A DNA stretch of 64,000 nt from Eledone cirrhosa (GCA_964016885.1 OZ024747.1:21142001-21206000); one strand, 5' to 3'. Shown: positions 15,351 to 29,287, counted from the stretch's first letter. The notes: generated by a model not told the origin, from the sequence alone. Numbers and translations: made by a program.

Positions 15351-17399
15351 GCAGTAAGATTGAACCCAAAGCCTTGTGGTTTCCATGTAAATTTCTGAAC
15401 CACACAGCCATCCTTGCACTTGTATGAAGTTATACTGTTGTGCTGTGACTAGATTGGATATGAAAGACAAAGTTCTGAACTGATATTGCTTCTAGGTGCA
15501 GAATTGAGTGGTTAATATTTGATGGAGAATTAACAGCCAGTCAATAATAGACCTATAGTTCAAGAATTGTAAACTCATAATAGAAATGTACTTGAAAGGT
15601 TATAAAGACCACTTGAAATATAGCAGCAGCAAATGCTGAGATGTCTTTGATCCAACTCTAGCTCTATCTCAGTTAGACTGATTGCATGGATGAAGCAAGT
15701 TTTATGTAATTTATTTACATATTTAATTAGCCATGTTTTTTATTACATTTTTATGCTAGTGTGGAAGATAGACGTTAAACGATGATGAAGATGATGATGA
15801 TGGTAGAATAACTATTATGTCTGGAGTACTTGCCAAAATAATTAAAATAATATTCAATTAATGGTCTTTGTCATCTGTAATAGACATTCTGAGCTGAGTT
15901 CTCTGCTATTTACATCTGGAAAGTTCCTCTCCAAGTCACAAGATTGAGCAAGGTTTCTTTACATTTTGTGTATGTTTGGTCAGGCATACAACTTTCCCCT
16001 CTCTTTGACATCATTGTTGTCCAAGAGAAAGTGGGGGCCAGTACAACTTTACACTCATGTCATCACAGATATTGCTGTCATAATGTAGAGAGGTTTAACA
16101 GAAAAGACAAGTCATTCCCTATAGCATTTTATTAACAATTTTCCTTATCCACAACCACAGATTTGTGTTTTTTATCAACCCTGAAAGGTGAAGTTAACCC
16201 AGAACACAGAGAGATTAAACAAATACTGCACAGCATTCCATCAGGCCCTTTAACTCTTCTAGTACAAATCTGCCCCAAATCCTTCTTGGTTCTATGAAAT
16301 AAAACCAATCATTTTATCATATTCCTATTTAAATTAAACATAACTTGATATAAGAACCTTTAGTTAAATTATCTTACAAATACTATTATATTTGGCATAA
16401 AAGTGAATGCACTTGGCCATAATTCAAGAGCTGAAGAGTTTTGTCTATCTGTAGTGGCCGCTGGTCACTTTGTTTTAGTCCCTAGGGGTATTTTACCTGA
16501 TTTTCTAATGCTATTATCAATGTAACGAATCTGTGTTTGGATTTCAATATTTCTAATTTCAAATCATCCAAATGCCTCAATAATTCGTAAGATTTATTGT
16601 CTTCCGCTAAGGCTATTGTATATATAGTTCCTAATTTGGACAGAAACTGTTGTCAGCAGCCAATTGGCATAAATGATAAAGCATTTGGCCAGAAGTCAGG
16701 AGATATAGAGTTCAATTCCCGATAGTGGCTGCTGGCCACTTATTTCCTGTACCTAAGGGTATTTTACCCAGTTTCTATATCCCTTCAAATTCTTCATTAA
16801 TTAATTGGAACACTGTATTTCATGTTAAATACAATAATGAAAAGTTTAAAAGCAGTGGCTGAGAGAAGGTAGCAGAGTTACTAAATAAATATGCTTGTTT
16901 ACAATTCTTTGCTTTTTGGTAGAAGGGCTAGTTACTAATGCTTAAGATAGTGTCAAGCTATTTACTGCAAAGAAGCATTAAGAAACTAACTAGAAATATT
17001 GTTGTGAAGAAAAAAAACATTAATTCTGTTTTAGTTGTATTTCTAATGAAAGACATTGTCTATGTGTTTCAATTAATGTTGAAAATAATCAAGAATTTGG
17101 AGGAATTTCATAAAATAATTACTTTTTTATTCTGGTAATCTCCGAAGCATTACTTAACAAAAAGATTTTACATAAGATTATGTGAAAGATGTTAATATAA
17201 GTATGAATACTTTAAAAAGAGCAGCTTTTTATTGTAAACCTGGAGGTGGTTTCTGGTAGTTTGATAACAAAAGAGTTTAAAGTAATAACTAACATTTCAA
17301 AGATTTTGGCAAGTAGAGGAGACATCTTCAGATATATCCACTCATTATAGGGAAGTATAGATCTCAATATACTTGCTGAAGTAGTGATAGGAGAATCAC

Positions 17400-17620
17400 T
17401 ACATAAATGTACAAGATTATACAGACGTTAGTATAGATCTTGTTCTGTGGGAACCATCAGATGGATACACAGGCACTGATAGAAGGAAAAGAAATTACAT
17501 TGATTAATTACTGGAAGCTACCAGAGAGGATAGTGTAGGGGAGCTCAGAATGCTGATGAAGGATAAATAGCTTTGGAAAGTACGCGAAAAGACTGATGTG
17601 TGGCCTGCCAGTCGACATAA
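17400..17620 (+). pseudogene. Decayed RTE-like LINE 3' fragment
   Basis: Translates LVLWEPSDGYTGTDRRKRNYID*LL, resembling the RTE C-terminus; similar to 30051-30245. Confidence 0.45.
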
Positions 17621-18996
17621 ATAGATAGTATACAAAAATGTAATTGTTTAGAAAATACATTACTCAGAGAAACCAACCACCCAAACACTAATAGTTAAGT
17701 TAGTGATAATATATATCTTGTAAGAAAGCTGCATAAAGCTAATTAAAAATAAGTATGCAGTATAAAAATAAAAAGTGTTATTTTAATTATTTCAGCAAGT
17801 ACGAAAAACTAATTTAGATATGTTTCAATCATTTCTCTGTTATGATGAAATAGTTATTTACAATTAATATTACAGTTTTAATTTTAATTAACATTTTAAA
17901 GATTAGAGCTTCCAGATGAGAAAACATTGTTATAGTAGTGGTTCCCAAGTTTTATTACTCACTTTAGAGCTAATATATATATATATATATGTGTGTGTAT
18001 ATATATTTCAAAAATATATTAAAAAACGTTATAAATATATTTACTCTATAAACATAAATAATTTAAGAACAGAAAATGAATGACTAAGTGCTTATTCAAT
18101 AAGTGAAGCCTTTTTATCAATGAAAAGCAGGAGTGTTCATAATTTTTTGGTGATGTTTTATTTTTATATATATTTGCAATAAACATACTCACATTTCATC
18201 TTCAATGCAATGATGTATACCTTTTTTTTTTCCTTTGCATTTGATGTTAGCAAGTAAAGAAAAGACTTTATATAAATAGAATTTCAGTTTATATATTTCA
18301 TATTTTTAAAGTTAAGTTTCTTGTTAGCAAGGGTTGAATTAAATCCTTTTTGAGGCCCTAAGCATTTAAAAGATTAAGGTACCCTGAATAAACAAATCTC
18401 CATGGGATCCCCTTTTTCCTTGATGCCCTAGGAATGTACTTATTTTGCTTGATGGATAATCAAACCCTGATGCTGGATCCTGTACTGTGCTGTTTTAAAA
18501 AGATTGGTCAAATGTATATCAAAAGCTCTGCAAATGTTGAAAATAGATGGTAAACATTGATGATAATGATAGTGACAGATGGAAAAATAAACTAATCTAT
18601 TAACCCATCAAAATTATTCTGTGTTGACTTGGCACAAGGTCACATTTTGGGGGAAGAAGAGCATTGACTGTTGAATTAAACCAATACATTATTGGTAAAT
18701 ATTTTATTGAACCCCACACCTTCAAACACACCTCTCATCTTAGAAGATAAATTGCAACATTGACTTCAATGTGGTTTGAACTCAGGAAATAATGCAACTA
18801 AGCTAAATACTGTAAGATGTTTAATCTGGCACGGACATACTATTTATTCATTTTAACTTATAGACAAAAATATATTTTTCCATAATATAATAAATGTTGG
18901 GGTCTATGTTTTATTTTTTATCAGCTAGTCAGGAAAAGAGTCACCACTCATTAGCATTTACAAGATTGGTGAGAAGATAATCTCAAACTTGATTGT

Positions 18997-19480
18997 GCTA
19001 AACCAGAAGACAAATTAGCTCTACCACCCAAATATGCCATGTGTGAAGATCAGTGGTTTATGTTAAACCGGGTGACAAATTAGCTCTACCACCCAAGTAC
19101 ACTATGTTTGAGGATGAGGGGTTTATGTTAAACCAGGTGACAAATTAGCTCTACCAGCCAAGTACACTATGTTTGAGGATGAGGGGTTTATGTTAAACCA
19201 GGTGACAAATTAGCTCTACCACTCAAATATGCCATGTGTGAGGACCAGTGGTGTATGTTAAACCAGGTGACAGATTAGCTCTATCACACAAATACACTAT
19301 GTCTGAAGATGAGGGGTTTATGTTAAACCAGGTGACAAATTAGCTCTATCACACAAATACACTATGTCTGAAGATGAGGGGTTTATGTTAAACCAGGTGA
19401 CAAATTAGTTCTATCATCCAAATACACTATGTCTGAGGATGACCATGTAATAAATTAGCTCTGCTACCCAAGTAGACCAT
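18997..19480. repeat. 65-bp tandem repeat, about 7 copies
   Basis: GTTAAACCAGGTGACAAATTAGCTCTACC... recurs at 19062, 19127, 19192, 19257, 19322, 19387. Confidence 0.92.
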
Positions 19481-19874
19481 GTCAAAATTTTAACGAAAGA
19501 GACAAAGAACCAGACGAAATTCTATAAGTCATTCCTCTTGACATTATAATGATTCTGCCAGTACACTGCTCTAGGCTGATATTTGATAGAGATGATAATT
19601 ATGATATTGACAAACAATAGTTTTGCTATTGTTAGATCAAACCAATTTTAAAATCTATCTGCAACAATAACAGCAACAAACATGAAAACAAAACAAATAA
19701 TTCAAAAGAATATAAATATATTTCTTTAGTATATCACTAAAACACTATATTTAATACATTTCAGCTGATGTATTCCATCATAGAAAGATACCAATATTAG
19801 TGTTGATTTTTCATTATACCTAGATCTAATTTTATATTGAAAACATAGGATGGAATATATATATATATATATGC

Positions 19875-19929
<55 letters not shown>

Positions 19930-19933
<4 letters not shown>

Positions 19934-20027
19934 AAGACTAAAATCCAAAGAGAGCTCGATAAGGATAAATATAGCAAATATATAAGAAGCGTAGAGCAAA
20001 TATTTATTAAAATAACAGATTAATAAA
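19930..20027 (-). mobile_element. 3' fragment of HHR element family Y within (TA)n
   Basis: AAGACTAAAATCCAAAGAGAGCTCGATAAGG...GAGCAAATATTTATTAAAATAACAG matches 28325-28545 and 49270-49451. Confidence 0.75.
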
Positions 20028-20062
20028 TATATATATATATGTATAATATATATGTATATATA

Positions 20063-20094
<32 letters not shown>

Positions 20095-20221
20095 TAATAT
20101 GATATATATATATATATATATATTAATATGATATATATATATATATATAGTAATATGATATATATATATATATATATATATAGTAATATGATATATATAT
20201 ATATATATATATATAGTAATA

Positions 20222-20261
<40 letters not shown>

Positions 20262-20303
20262 TAATATGATATATATATATATATATATATATATAAATTA
20301 ATA

Positions 20304-20358
<55 letters not shown>

Positions 20359-20360
20359 TA

Positions 20361-20415
<55 letters not shown>

Positions 20416-20417
20416 TA

Positions 20418-20484
<67 letters not shown>

Positions 20485-20486
20485 TA

Positions 20487-20572
<86 letters not shown>

Positions 20573-20958
20573 TATGATATATATATATATATATATTAAT
20601 ATTATATTACTTATATTCATACACGGAACTTACATACACACAAGTGCCAAAACAAAATATTGGAAGCGATTAATAGAATACAAAGGTTTGCTAATAGAGT
20701 TGTTTTGTCTGGCTAAAAGACCAAACTATTATGCCCTTTGGCAGCACAACTCTTCTGTCCTAATGTACATTTTCTTTTTCAGATAAATTTATTTGCTTAC
20801 ACTGTGATTTGTATGATAGTTCTTAAAATATGTAATTATTTCTCTCATGTATAATATGAATTTTTTTATGACACCTGCACATTCTCTCTCATTGTCTGTG
20901 TATATATATATATATATTCATACACATATATATACATATACATAAATATATATTTATA

Positions 20959-21010
<52 letters not shown>

Positions 21011-21095
21011 TACATATATGTTTATATGTATATATACACATAAACATACATACACATACACATAAATACACAAGCACACACATATATATACATAC

Positions 21096-21145
<50 letters not shown>

Positions 21146-21153
<8 letters not shown>

Positions 21154-21740
21154 ATATTTGGGGAGGGTCATATTTGCGTAATATTGCCAGAATTAATAAC
21201 AGAACACACTCACTGTTTGGTTGGTTTTCGCTTCTCGCTGTCTTTTATATATATATATCTGCGATCTAACTTACTCGGTCCTCAATGTTGCCATTGACTG
21301 ACCGGCGGTCAAAAATAATACAGATACAATATAGACAAACACATATATATATAGTTTACATAATTTACATAAATCTTTCGTTGCACATCTGCAACATCGT
21401 CAGTGGTGTTATATTCATTGTTCCTCCTGTTGTGTTGTATGTCTACGCCATTTTTTTTTGTATGTTTATTTATTTATTTGCTTGTTTGTTTATCTTATTT
21501 TATTTTGTCTTCTTTGCGCATGCGTTTGCGTGTGTGTATAGTGTTATGTGTGATGTGTGACTAGTGTGTATAGTGTTGTGTCTGCTGGGTGACTAGTGTG
21601 TGTTTATGTGCTTGTGTATGTATTTATTTATCTTATTTTATTTTATTTAATTTACTTATTTATTTATACTTCTCTTAGGTCAGTGTTGTTTGTTTGGGTG
21701 TTGTTGTTGTTCCACTCATTCTTTCTGTTTAGCTTTGGTC
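21146..21740 (-). repeat. Inverted pLTR (left arm)
   Basis: Reverse complement of 23938-24535; visible differences are one substitution and a poly-T length change. Confidence 0.93.
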
Positions 21741-24014
21741 ACCATAGCTAGAAATAAGATTAGACAAGTAGTAGGCAGGTACACTATGAGACAGAGCAGA
21801 CCAGAGGCCCAACAACTTGGGATAAAACCTGTAGAAGGCTTGGTTAGCCTCAAGCAGCGCACAAGGGATGGTGAGGTAGTGTGTCTACCCACAGATAAGT
21901 CTGGTAGGATGTCAATAGATAGCATGCCGAACTACATCGAGGCAATGCAACCCCACATCACCAACACGAGCGAAGTTGCACAACTAACACACGATGGGAG
22001 AGAAAAAATCCTCAACGCTCACATGATGATGTGGACTGACATCCTAAAGCCAAGCAGACGCACTGCCAACAACTTCCAGGCGTCTAACAATGGCATACCA
22101 CCCTTGTATGGGCTCCGCAAAGACCACAAGACAGTCGACGACCCGACAACAGGACCACCAACAAGACCCGTATGCGGAGCTAATATAGCTAGCAACTACA
22201 GGATCTCCTACTTCCTCTCAATGGTTATACGCCCCATAATCAAGATGTCCCCAGATGTATGTGAAAGTACAGAGGACCTCCTCAGCAGAATCAGTGAGTG
22301 CAACAAAAACAGGAGCCTATCCAACTGCATAATAGGCAGCATGGATGTGGTGTCACTGTACCCATCCATTAACATTGATTTTGCTGTGAAAAGATGTGTG
22401 GAGATGATCATTGAGAGTGAGGTGGAGTTCTGCGACGTCGACACAGACGAACTGGGCCTCCTACTTAGACTTACCTACGACACTGACTACCTAGACAGCC
22501 ATGACCTTAGATGTTTCTGCCCTAGTAGACCTATAAGAGGTAGACCCCCCACCATAACCTCAATGGCTAAAAAGACTCCCATAGGAAGGTGGATTGGGTG
22601 GACCAAATCTATACGGACCCCCCAAAACACTGATCAGGTAAGAAAAATGGTCGCACATGCAATAGGGGCTAGTATCAAAACTACCCTAAAGGGCCACATA
22701 TTTAAGTTCAATGAGAAAATCTACACCCAAAATGAGGGAGCAGCCATCGGCGTCAGCATAGCTGGTGATGTTGCCAACCTTTTCATGGTATGGTGGGAAA
22801 GGAGACTTAAAGATCTCCTTAATGAAAGCTCCATAGACCTCATCATGTACTCTCGTTATGTAGACGATATCAATATAGTTATAAGAACACCCCCACTAGA
22901 GAGCACTAACAAGTTTGATTTAGAACGTAGCACGATGGAAAGCATCCAGCAGATAGCTAATTCCATACACCAGAGTATAACTGTAACTATAGACTTCCCT
23001 TCCAAACACCCTAACAATAGACTACCTGTATTAGACACAGAACTCTGGATTAACACTATAGACGAGAGAGCCCAAATTCTCCACTCACACTATGCTAAAC
23101 CCATGGCCTCCAAATACCTGATACTCAAAAACTCAGCAATGTCCAGTAGTGCTAAGTTTAATATTCTGATCGCAGATTTGGTACGAGTGATGAAGAATGT
23201 GTCCAGCATGTGCGACCCAACAGAAATGGAAGGACACATCCAACACTTCATCAACCGCATGCAGTTCTCTGGCTACAACCAAAGAGACAGAGTCAGAGTA
23301 TATGAAGGAGCCATGGAAAAGTATAAGACCCTCATAGAACTGGACATGAAAGGAACTTGCCCACTATACAGGAGCAAATCATGGAATAGCTTAGATAGGG
23401 CTAGACATAAGATAGGGAAGGCCACATCATGGTACGACAACCAGAGATATCAGAGTGTCATGTTTGTGGACGCCACCCCTGGAGGGAAATTAGCTAACCA
23501 GTGTAGAAAGGCCCTGAGAAAGACCCACTTAAAAATAAAGGTGGTAGAAAAGCCAGGAACCACCATAAAATCCCTGATCAGCAAAACCTACCCTTTTAAG
23601 AAAACCCACTGTACCAATAGGAAATGTATCATATGTAAGGTGAACCCCCGGATAAACTGTAAAACTAGAAACGTAGTCTATAGCATAAGATGTACAGAGG
23701 GTACTTGCAGAAACACGACAACAACATACATAGGTGAGACAGCTCGTAGCATAGGTGAAAGGATAGACCAACACTGGGGGGAACTAAAAGGACGAAAAAA
23801 CGGGTCAGTACTATACGAACATGCTAGACAACAACATGATGGTAACATAGACAACATAGAAATTAGAATAATATCTAAACATAGGAATGACCCAGCAGAT
23901 AGGCAAATCAGAGAGGCCAGTGAAATAGAAATTAGAAGACCAAAGCTAAACAGAAAGAATGAGTGGAACAACAACAACACCCAAACAAACAACACTGACC
24001 TAAGAGAAGTATAA
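21741..24014 (+). CDS. PLE reverse transcriptase / GIY-YIG endonuclease (first in-frame ATG at 21786; the first 17 aa of the ORF-track protein come from the inverted pLTR)
   Basis: LPTDKSG, PLYGLRKDHK, GSMDVVSLYPSI (motif A), YTQNEGAAIG (motif B), RYVDDI (motif C), CTNRKCIIC linker, NVVYSIRC...YIGETARSIGERIDQH (GIY-YIG); no stops. Confidence 0.93.
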   Translation, partial: TIARNKIRQVVGRYTMRQSRPEAQQLGIKPVEGLVSLKQRTRDGEVVCLPTDKSGRMSIDSMPNYIEAMQPHITNTSEVAQLTHDGREKILNAHMMMWTDILKPSRRTANNFQASNNGIPPLYGLRKDHKTVDDPTTGPPTRPVCGANIASNYRISYFLSMVIRPIIKMSPDVCESTEDLLSRISECNKNRSLSNCIIGSMDVVSLYPSINIDFAVKRCVEMIIESEVEFCDVDTDELGLLLRLTYDTDYLDSHDLRCFCPSRPIRGRPPTITSMAKKTPIGRWIGWTKSIRTPQNTDQVRKMVAHAIGASIKTTLKGHIFKFNEKIYTQNEGAAIGVSIAGDVANLFMVWWERRLKDLLNESSIDLIMYSRYVDDINIVIRTPPLESTNKFDLERSTMESIQQIANSIHQSITVTIDFPSKHPNNRLPVLDTELWINTIDERAQILHSHYAKPMASKYLILKNSAMSSSAKFNILIADLVRVMKNVSSMCDPTEMEGHIQHFINRMQFSGYNQRDRVRVYEGAMEKYKTLIELDMKGTCPLYRSKSWNSLDRARHKIGKATSWYDNQRYQSVMFVDATPGGKLANQCRKALRKTHLKIKVVEKPGTTIKSLISKTYPFKKTHCTNRKCIICKVNPRINCKTRNVVYSIRCTEGTCRNTTTTYIGETARSIGERIDQHWGELKGRKNGSVLYEHARQQHDGNIDNIEIRIISKHRNDPADRQIREASEIEIRRPKLNRKNEWNNNNTQTNNTDLREV

Positions 24015-24270
24015 ATAAATAAGTAAATTAAATAAAATAAAATAAGATAAATAAATACATACACAAGCACATAAACACACACTAGTCACCCAGCAGACAC
24101 AACACTATACACACTAGTCACACATCACACATAACACTATACACACACGCAAACGCATGCACAAAGAAGACAAAATAAAATAAGATAAACAAACAAGCAA
24201 ATAAATAAATAAACATACAAAAAAAAAAAATGGCGTAGACATACAACACAACAGGAGGAACAATGAATAT

Positions 24271-24320
24271 AACACCACTGACGATGTTGCAGATGTGCAA
24301 CGAAAGATTTATGTAAATTA
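24271..24320 (+). ncRNA. Partial hammerhead-like motif in the pLTR (mirror copy on - strand near 21360-21410)
   Basis: CTGACGA-T-GTTGCA-GATG-TGCAAC-GAAA; convincing stems I and III were not found. Confidence 0.45.
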
Positions 24321-24575
24321 TGTAAACTATATATATATGTGTTTGTCTATATTGTATCTGTATTATTTTTGACCGCCGGTCAGTCAATGGCAACATTGAG
24401 GACCGAGTAAGTTAGATCGCAGATATATATATATAAAAGACAGCGAGAAGCGAAAACCAACCAAACAGTGAGTGTGTTCTGTTATTAATTCTGGCAATAT
24501 TACGCAAATATGACCCTCCCCAAATATAACAATATCTGTTTCGACACACGATTTCATATAAAAAACCTCGCAAAA

Positions 24576-24630
<55 letters not shown>

Positions 24631-25214
24631 ATAAATAAATATATATATAAATATATATATATATATGTGTTTGTGTATTTATGTGTATATGTATGTATAT
24701 TTATGTGTATATATATACAGATATATTTTATGCATTTGTATTTATGTGGAATCAGTGTTTCTTTCAAGCATGCATTGAAAACACAATTGTAATCTGGTTT
24801 TATCCTTCTTATTTTTATCTATGTTCCCCAACCTTCATAGTCTTAGCCTCTCAATGTCCAATACAAATGTATACAAACTATTAAAATATATGAATATGTT
24901 ATTTATCAAAATTGTCATAAAACACAAAACACAAAATGTGAATAAGAAACATCTGTGTGATACTGGTTGTAAAGTTCTGGCATACAAACCTTTGTTGAGT
25001 TATCAGATGATATTTTTGATATGCTAGTATTAATATTTTTGAAATCTTATAGCATGTTGGTGTATGTATGAACAACGTATGTATAATGTATGAACAGCAT
25101 GTATATAATGTATGAACAACATGTATGTTGGTGTCTATATGTATAAATACCATGTTATAACATATTGGTGTATGTATGAACAACATGTGTATAATTTATG
25201 AACAGCATGTATAT

Positions 25215-25402
25215 AATTGTTTCTACTTTAGGCACAAGGCCAGCAATTAGCCAGTGCATTACTGGTACTTTATTTTATCGACCTCATAAGGATGAAAGGC
25301 AAAGTCAACCTCGACGGGATTTAAACTCAGATCGTAAAGGGACGTAACTATGCTGGAAAGCATGGCGTCCGATCCTCTACTGATACTGCCAATCCACTGC
25401 CC
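25215..25402 (-). mobile_element. Meta-type tRNA SINE
   Basis: Near-full reverse-complement match to 45251-45440; flanked by TGTATATAAT on both sides. Confidence 0.85.
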
Positions 25403-26467
25403 TGTATATAATGTATGAACAACATGCATGTTGGTGTATGTATGTATAAATACCATGTTATAACATATTGGTGTATGTATGAACAGCCCCACCATCATTT
25501 CAAATATGTGAGCATTGTTCTAATGTAAGTCTCATTTGAACTTGTTGAGAGTTCTGAAGCTGATTAAAGTTGAAGTTTCATATAGAATCTCCCCAGTTGT
25601 CTTATAGGGTTATATATTCCAATTGCAACAGCTTAACACACATCCAAGTATCCACACTAGGGAATATTTTAAGACATTCAGTGGATTCTGGTACAAAATC
25701 AATACGATATGAAAATATATGCCAATAACATGGCAACTAAACTGCTTTTATATCCTAAACAACCGATACAATATATACTTACATACTTCATCAAGATGAT
25801 CATAATATTTCTTAGGTAGACATTAGATTTTTCTCTGCACATCTAAATACTAAGAAATAATGGCAAATGACCCATCAATTCCCTTCTAACCTTCTAGACA
25901 GCATACTCAAAAGCTTCATATAACATTCAGAAACCTCTGAAAATATGTAGCAAAACTGTCTCCCTCAAGAAATTATTAGAGTTCACAAATTCAAAGAATA
26001 CACTGACCGATATAAATAATCCAGGACATACAACAAAATAACAATAAATGTTTTCAAAAAATCCTATCCCACAAGGAGGCATCGATGAAATATAATCATA
26101 ACTACAAAATTAAAATGATCAGCTTGATAACAACTAACAATAGTCTCAAATACAACAAAACTGACTTCACACTGTATATAACAGAAATAAAATTCTGCAT
26201 CAAGCTACTAAATAAACAGAGAATAAACTGAAGAAAGGCAACAGTGTTACTTGAGCAACATAAATGCATGACTGGAAGAAGGATTTGAGCTCACCAGTCG
26301 TAGATCTATAATCAGACATTTTAACTGTGAAGCTACTGTAATTATAACATTTATCAGAACAATACAGGCTGATATATACACCCTCTCTTATTCTCTCTCT
26401 CTCTCACCCTCTTCTTTTTTCTCTCTCTCCCTCTCTTTCTGCATATATATATATATAATATATATTA

Positions 26468-26538
<71 letters not shown>

Positions 26539-27120
26539 CCCTCTGTATATGTTTTAAATTCTCTGTGTTGATCTGTCAAAGGGTGTCTGCCTATTTGTTT
26601 AGCAACCTCTGTGTTTACTCTTTCTATTCAGATCGTTTTTGAGTAGAAATTCCCAAGTTAATGAAAGCATATGATCAGGAAGTAGACTATTGGAGTTTCA
26701 GGCTTCAATAGGCATTCATCAGGTCACAATACTTACCAAATGCTCACTGAATTAGACATAAAATTTTATAAATATTCTGTACAAAACAAAGTGGCAATGA
26801 CATCACAAACATCAATGAAATTAATTATACTATTCCTCAAACAATATATGTAAATTCTATTATGTGTGTCTACACCATACACACTGTTGCTGTAAACATT
26901 GTTTCAAGTTGAAAAAAATCAAGTTGATGAGAGCATGTGATTTACAAATAGACCAATGTGATTGCCTAGATATAAATAATCGTTACCTAGATATGTAACT
27001 CACCAGCTGTCTGAGTATTTTTATATCAGTACAGTTATTTACTTATCTGTCTGCCTGTCAATTGATCTGTCTGTCTAACTTTCTGTCTGTCATTATATAT
27101 ATAGATATATATATATAAAT

Positions 27121-27318
27121 AAAAAGAGATGAAATCGAAAATGCAGCTGGAGTCTTATTTTTTTTTTAAATATATATATTTATTTGGTTCCAAATAAATA
27201 TATATATTTTTTAAAAAAATAAGACTCCAGTTGCCTTTTCGATTTCATCTCTTTTTCTTTATACTTTCACTCGTGTAGGACACCTCGGTTATTTTTCATT
27301 TTGTAAAAAAAACCTCAC

Positions 27319-27324
<6 letters not shown>
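27121..27324. mobile_element. Fold-back element remnant in (TA)n (palindrome 27121-27256 plus unique tail)
   Basis: ~65-bp arms centred on TTGG-TT-CCAA; tail ends AAAAAACCTCAC, similar to the PLE end AAAAACCTCGC. Confidence 0.55.
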
Positions 27325-27385
<61 letters not shown>

Positions 27386-27494
27386 TAAACGGAATAGAAA
27401 ATGCTGACAAATTGTTCACAGTTGAAAAATGGTTTAATTAGGAATAAAAGAGTATTAGTGATTGTATGGGTTAGTATTCAATTGTGGTTTTAAG

Positions 27495-27662
<168 letters not shown>

Positions 27663-27666
27663 TAGT

Positions 27667-27806
27667 GAAGGCGCGTGGCTGAGTGGTTAGAGAATTGGAT
27701 TCGCAATCGTGAGGTTGTGAGTTCGATTCCCGGACCAGGCGATGCGCTATGTCCTTGGGCAAGACACTTTATTTCATGTTGCTCCTTCTATCTGGAGTTG
27801 CGACTG
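27667..27806 (+). mobile_element. tRNA-derived CORE-type SINE (5' part)
   Basis: A box TGGCTGAGTGG, B box GTTCGATTCC, then TGTCCTTGGGCAAGACACTTT. Confidence 0.85.
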
Positions 27807-28415
27807 ATAGAGAGTATTAGCAATTAGAAAGATCAATGGAAACATCGTTTCCTCGGTCCAATTTGTCAAAAAAAAAAGTCGATCGACTGTCGATATATAT
27901 ATATATATCGGCACATATATACATAGTAATAATAATAATAATAATGATGATGATAATAATAGTAAGGACAGTACAGTACAGGACAATACAGGACGGTACA
28001 AATGGGCATTTCTGCATGTAAAAGACAAAAACAGAGGATGTAACAAAAAAAATAACAATGAAAAATTCCCCAATACGGAGGAGACTTCCAAGGGACATTC
28101 GTGGAGAAAGACCATTAAAAAACCACAGTGACCCTGACCACCAGGGCAAGTGCCCTCTCCCAGTTTTCCACCTTTAATTTACAGACACATACTCAGAGTA
28201 GGCCCATTCACTTGGGTCATTCTTGCCTCTCTCACCCATCTTTCAACAAAATGCTGGGAAGAGAGAACTTCCCTCTCTACCCTGATTTTCCTTTTCAAAT
28301 GAAATTTGAAAAAATAGTAATAATAATAAATGTGAAAACTAAAATCCAAAGAGAGCTCAATAAAGATAATATATATATATAAATATATAAAAACCGTAGA
28401 GCAAATATTTATTAA

Positions 28416-28466
28416 AGTTTAAGCAAAGAATCGCTGCTTTCACCCTTAACAGGATCTTCTGAAACT
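28416..28466 (-). ncRNA. Type I hammerhead, U4A core variant
   Basis: AGTTT-CAGAAGA-TCCTGTTAAGGGT-GAAA-GCA..TGC-TT-AAACT. Confidence 0.65.
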
Positions 28467-28476
28467 CAGAAACTTC

Positions 28477-28527
28477 AGTTTCAGAAGATCTTGTTAAGGG
28501 TGAAAGCAGCGATTTTTTGCTTAAACT
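28477..28527 (+). ncRNA. Type I hammerhead, U4A core variant
   Basis: AGTTT-CAGAAGA-TCTTGTTAAGGGT-GAAA-GCA..TGC-TT-AAACT. Confidence 0.65.
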
Positions 28528-28560
28528 TTAATTTGTTATTTTAATATATATATATGTATA

Positions 28561-28716
<156 letters not shown>

Positions 28717-28844
28717 TATGAAGAGAGAAGAAACATTTAGATATAATTAGTAATAAAATGTATCATATTAACTCACAGTTGGGTGCGGATGCATTCATGT
28801 ATATATGTGTGTGTCCGCATGTATCTGTGTGTTTCTAAATATAT

Positions 28845-28881
<37 letters not shown>

Positions 28882-29000
28882 ATGTGTGTGTATGTAATAA
28901 GAACAAAGTGGAGGTGTTACATGAGATTTATTGCTCAACCTGGTTACAAATGTTTCCCAGGCAGCCAGACTGACAGAACCTTTTGCACACACACATATAT

Positions 29001-29034
<34 letters not shown>

Positions 29035-29152
29035 AGGAAAGTAGAGATATCTACGTAATAATGATATGGCAAGAAGATCTAAAGTTCGATGTGTTAGTTA
29101 GTGTGTTAGTACAATCCATAATTATGAAGAGCAAATACATCCAAAGTATGTC

Positions 29153-29287
<135 letters not shown>

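Larger units (their letters stand above)
21146..24577 (+). mobile_element. Penelope-like retroelement, 5'-truncated with inverted 5' pLTR, inserted in (TA)n
   Basis: RT + C-terminal GIY-YIG ORF; 21146-21740 is a near-identical reverse complement of 23938-24535; (TA)n on both sides. Confidence 0.95.
28325..28545. mobile_element. HHR element family Y, fold-back copy
   Basis: Inverted arms around ~28471, each carrying a CAGAAGA...GAAA hammerhead. Confidence 0.8.

Noticed and set aside
18997-19480. CRISPR-like appearance of the 65-bp array
   Set aside because: The whole unit repeats with no unique spacers; eukaryotic context and no cas genes
21285-21560. Duplicated 91/92-aa ORF (also 24118-24396)
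   Set aside because: Low-complexity antisense reading of the pLTR, duplicated only because of the inverted repeat
21146-24535. DNA transposon with long TIRs
   Set aside because: The ORF is RT + GIY-YIG, the repeat overlaps the ORF 3' end, and the arms are asymmetric, as is typical of inverted pLTRs
25500-26230. Possible ancient RT remnant (A/C-rich strand bias)
   Set aside because: No unambiguous motif could be read; needs a translated HMM search
27667-27740. Functional tRNA gene
   Set aside because: The tRNA-like head continues into a CORE-type SINE body found in other copies
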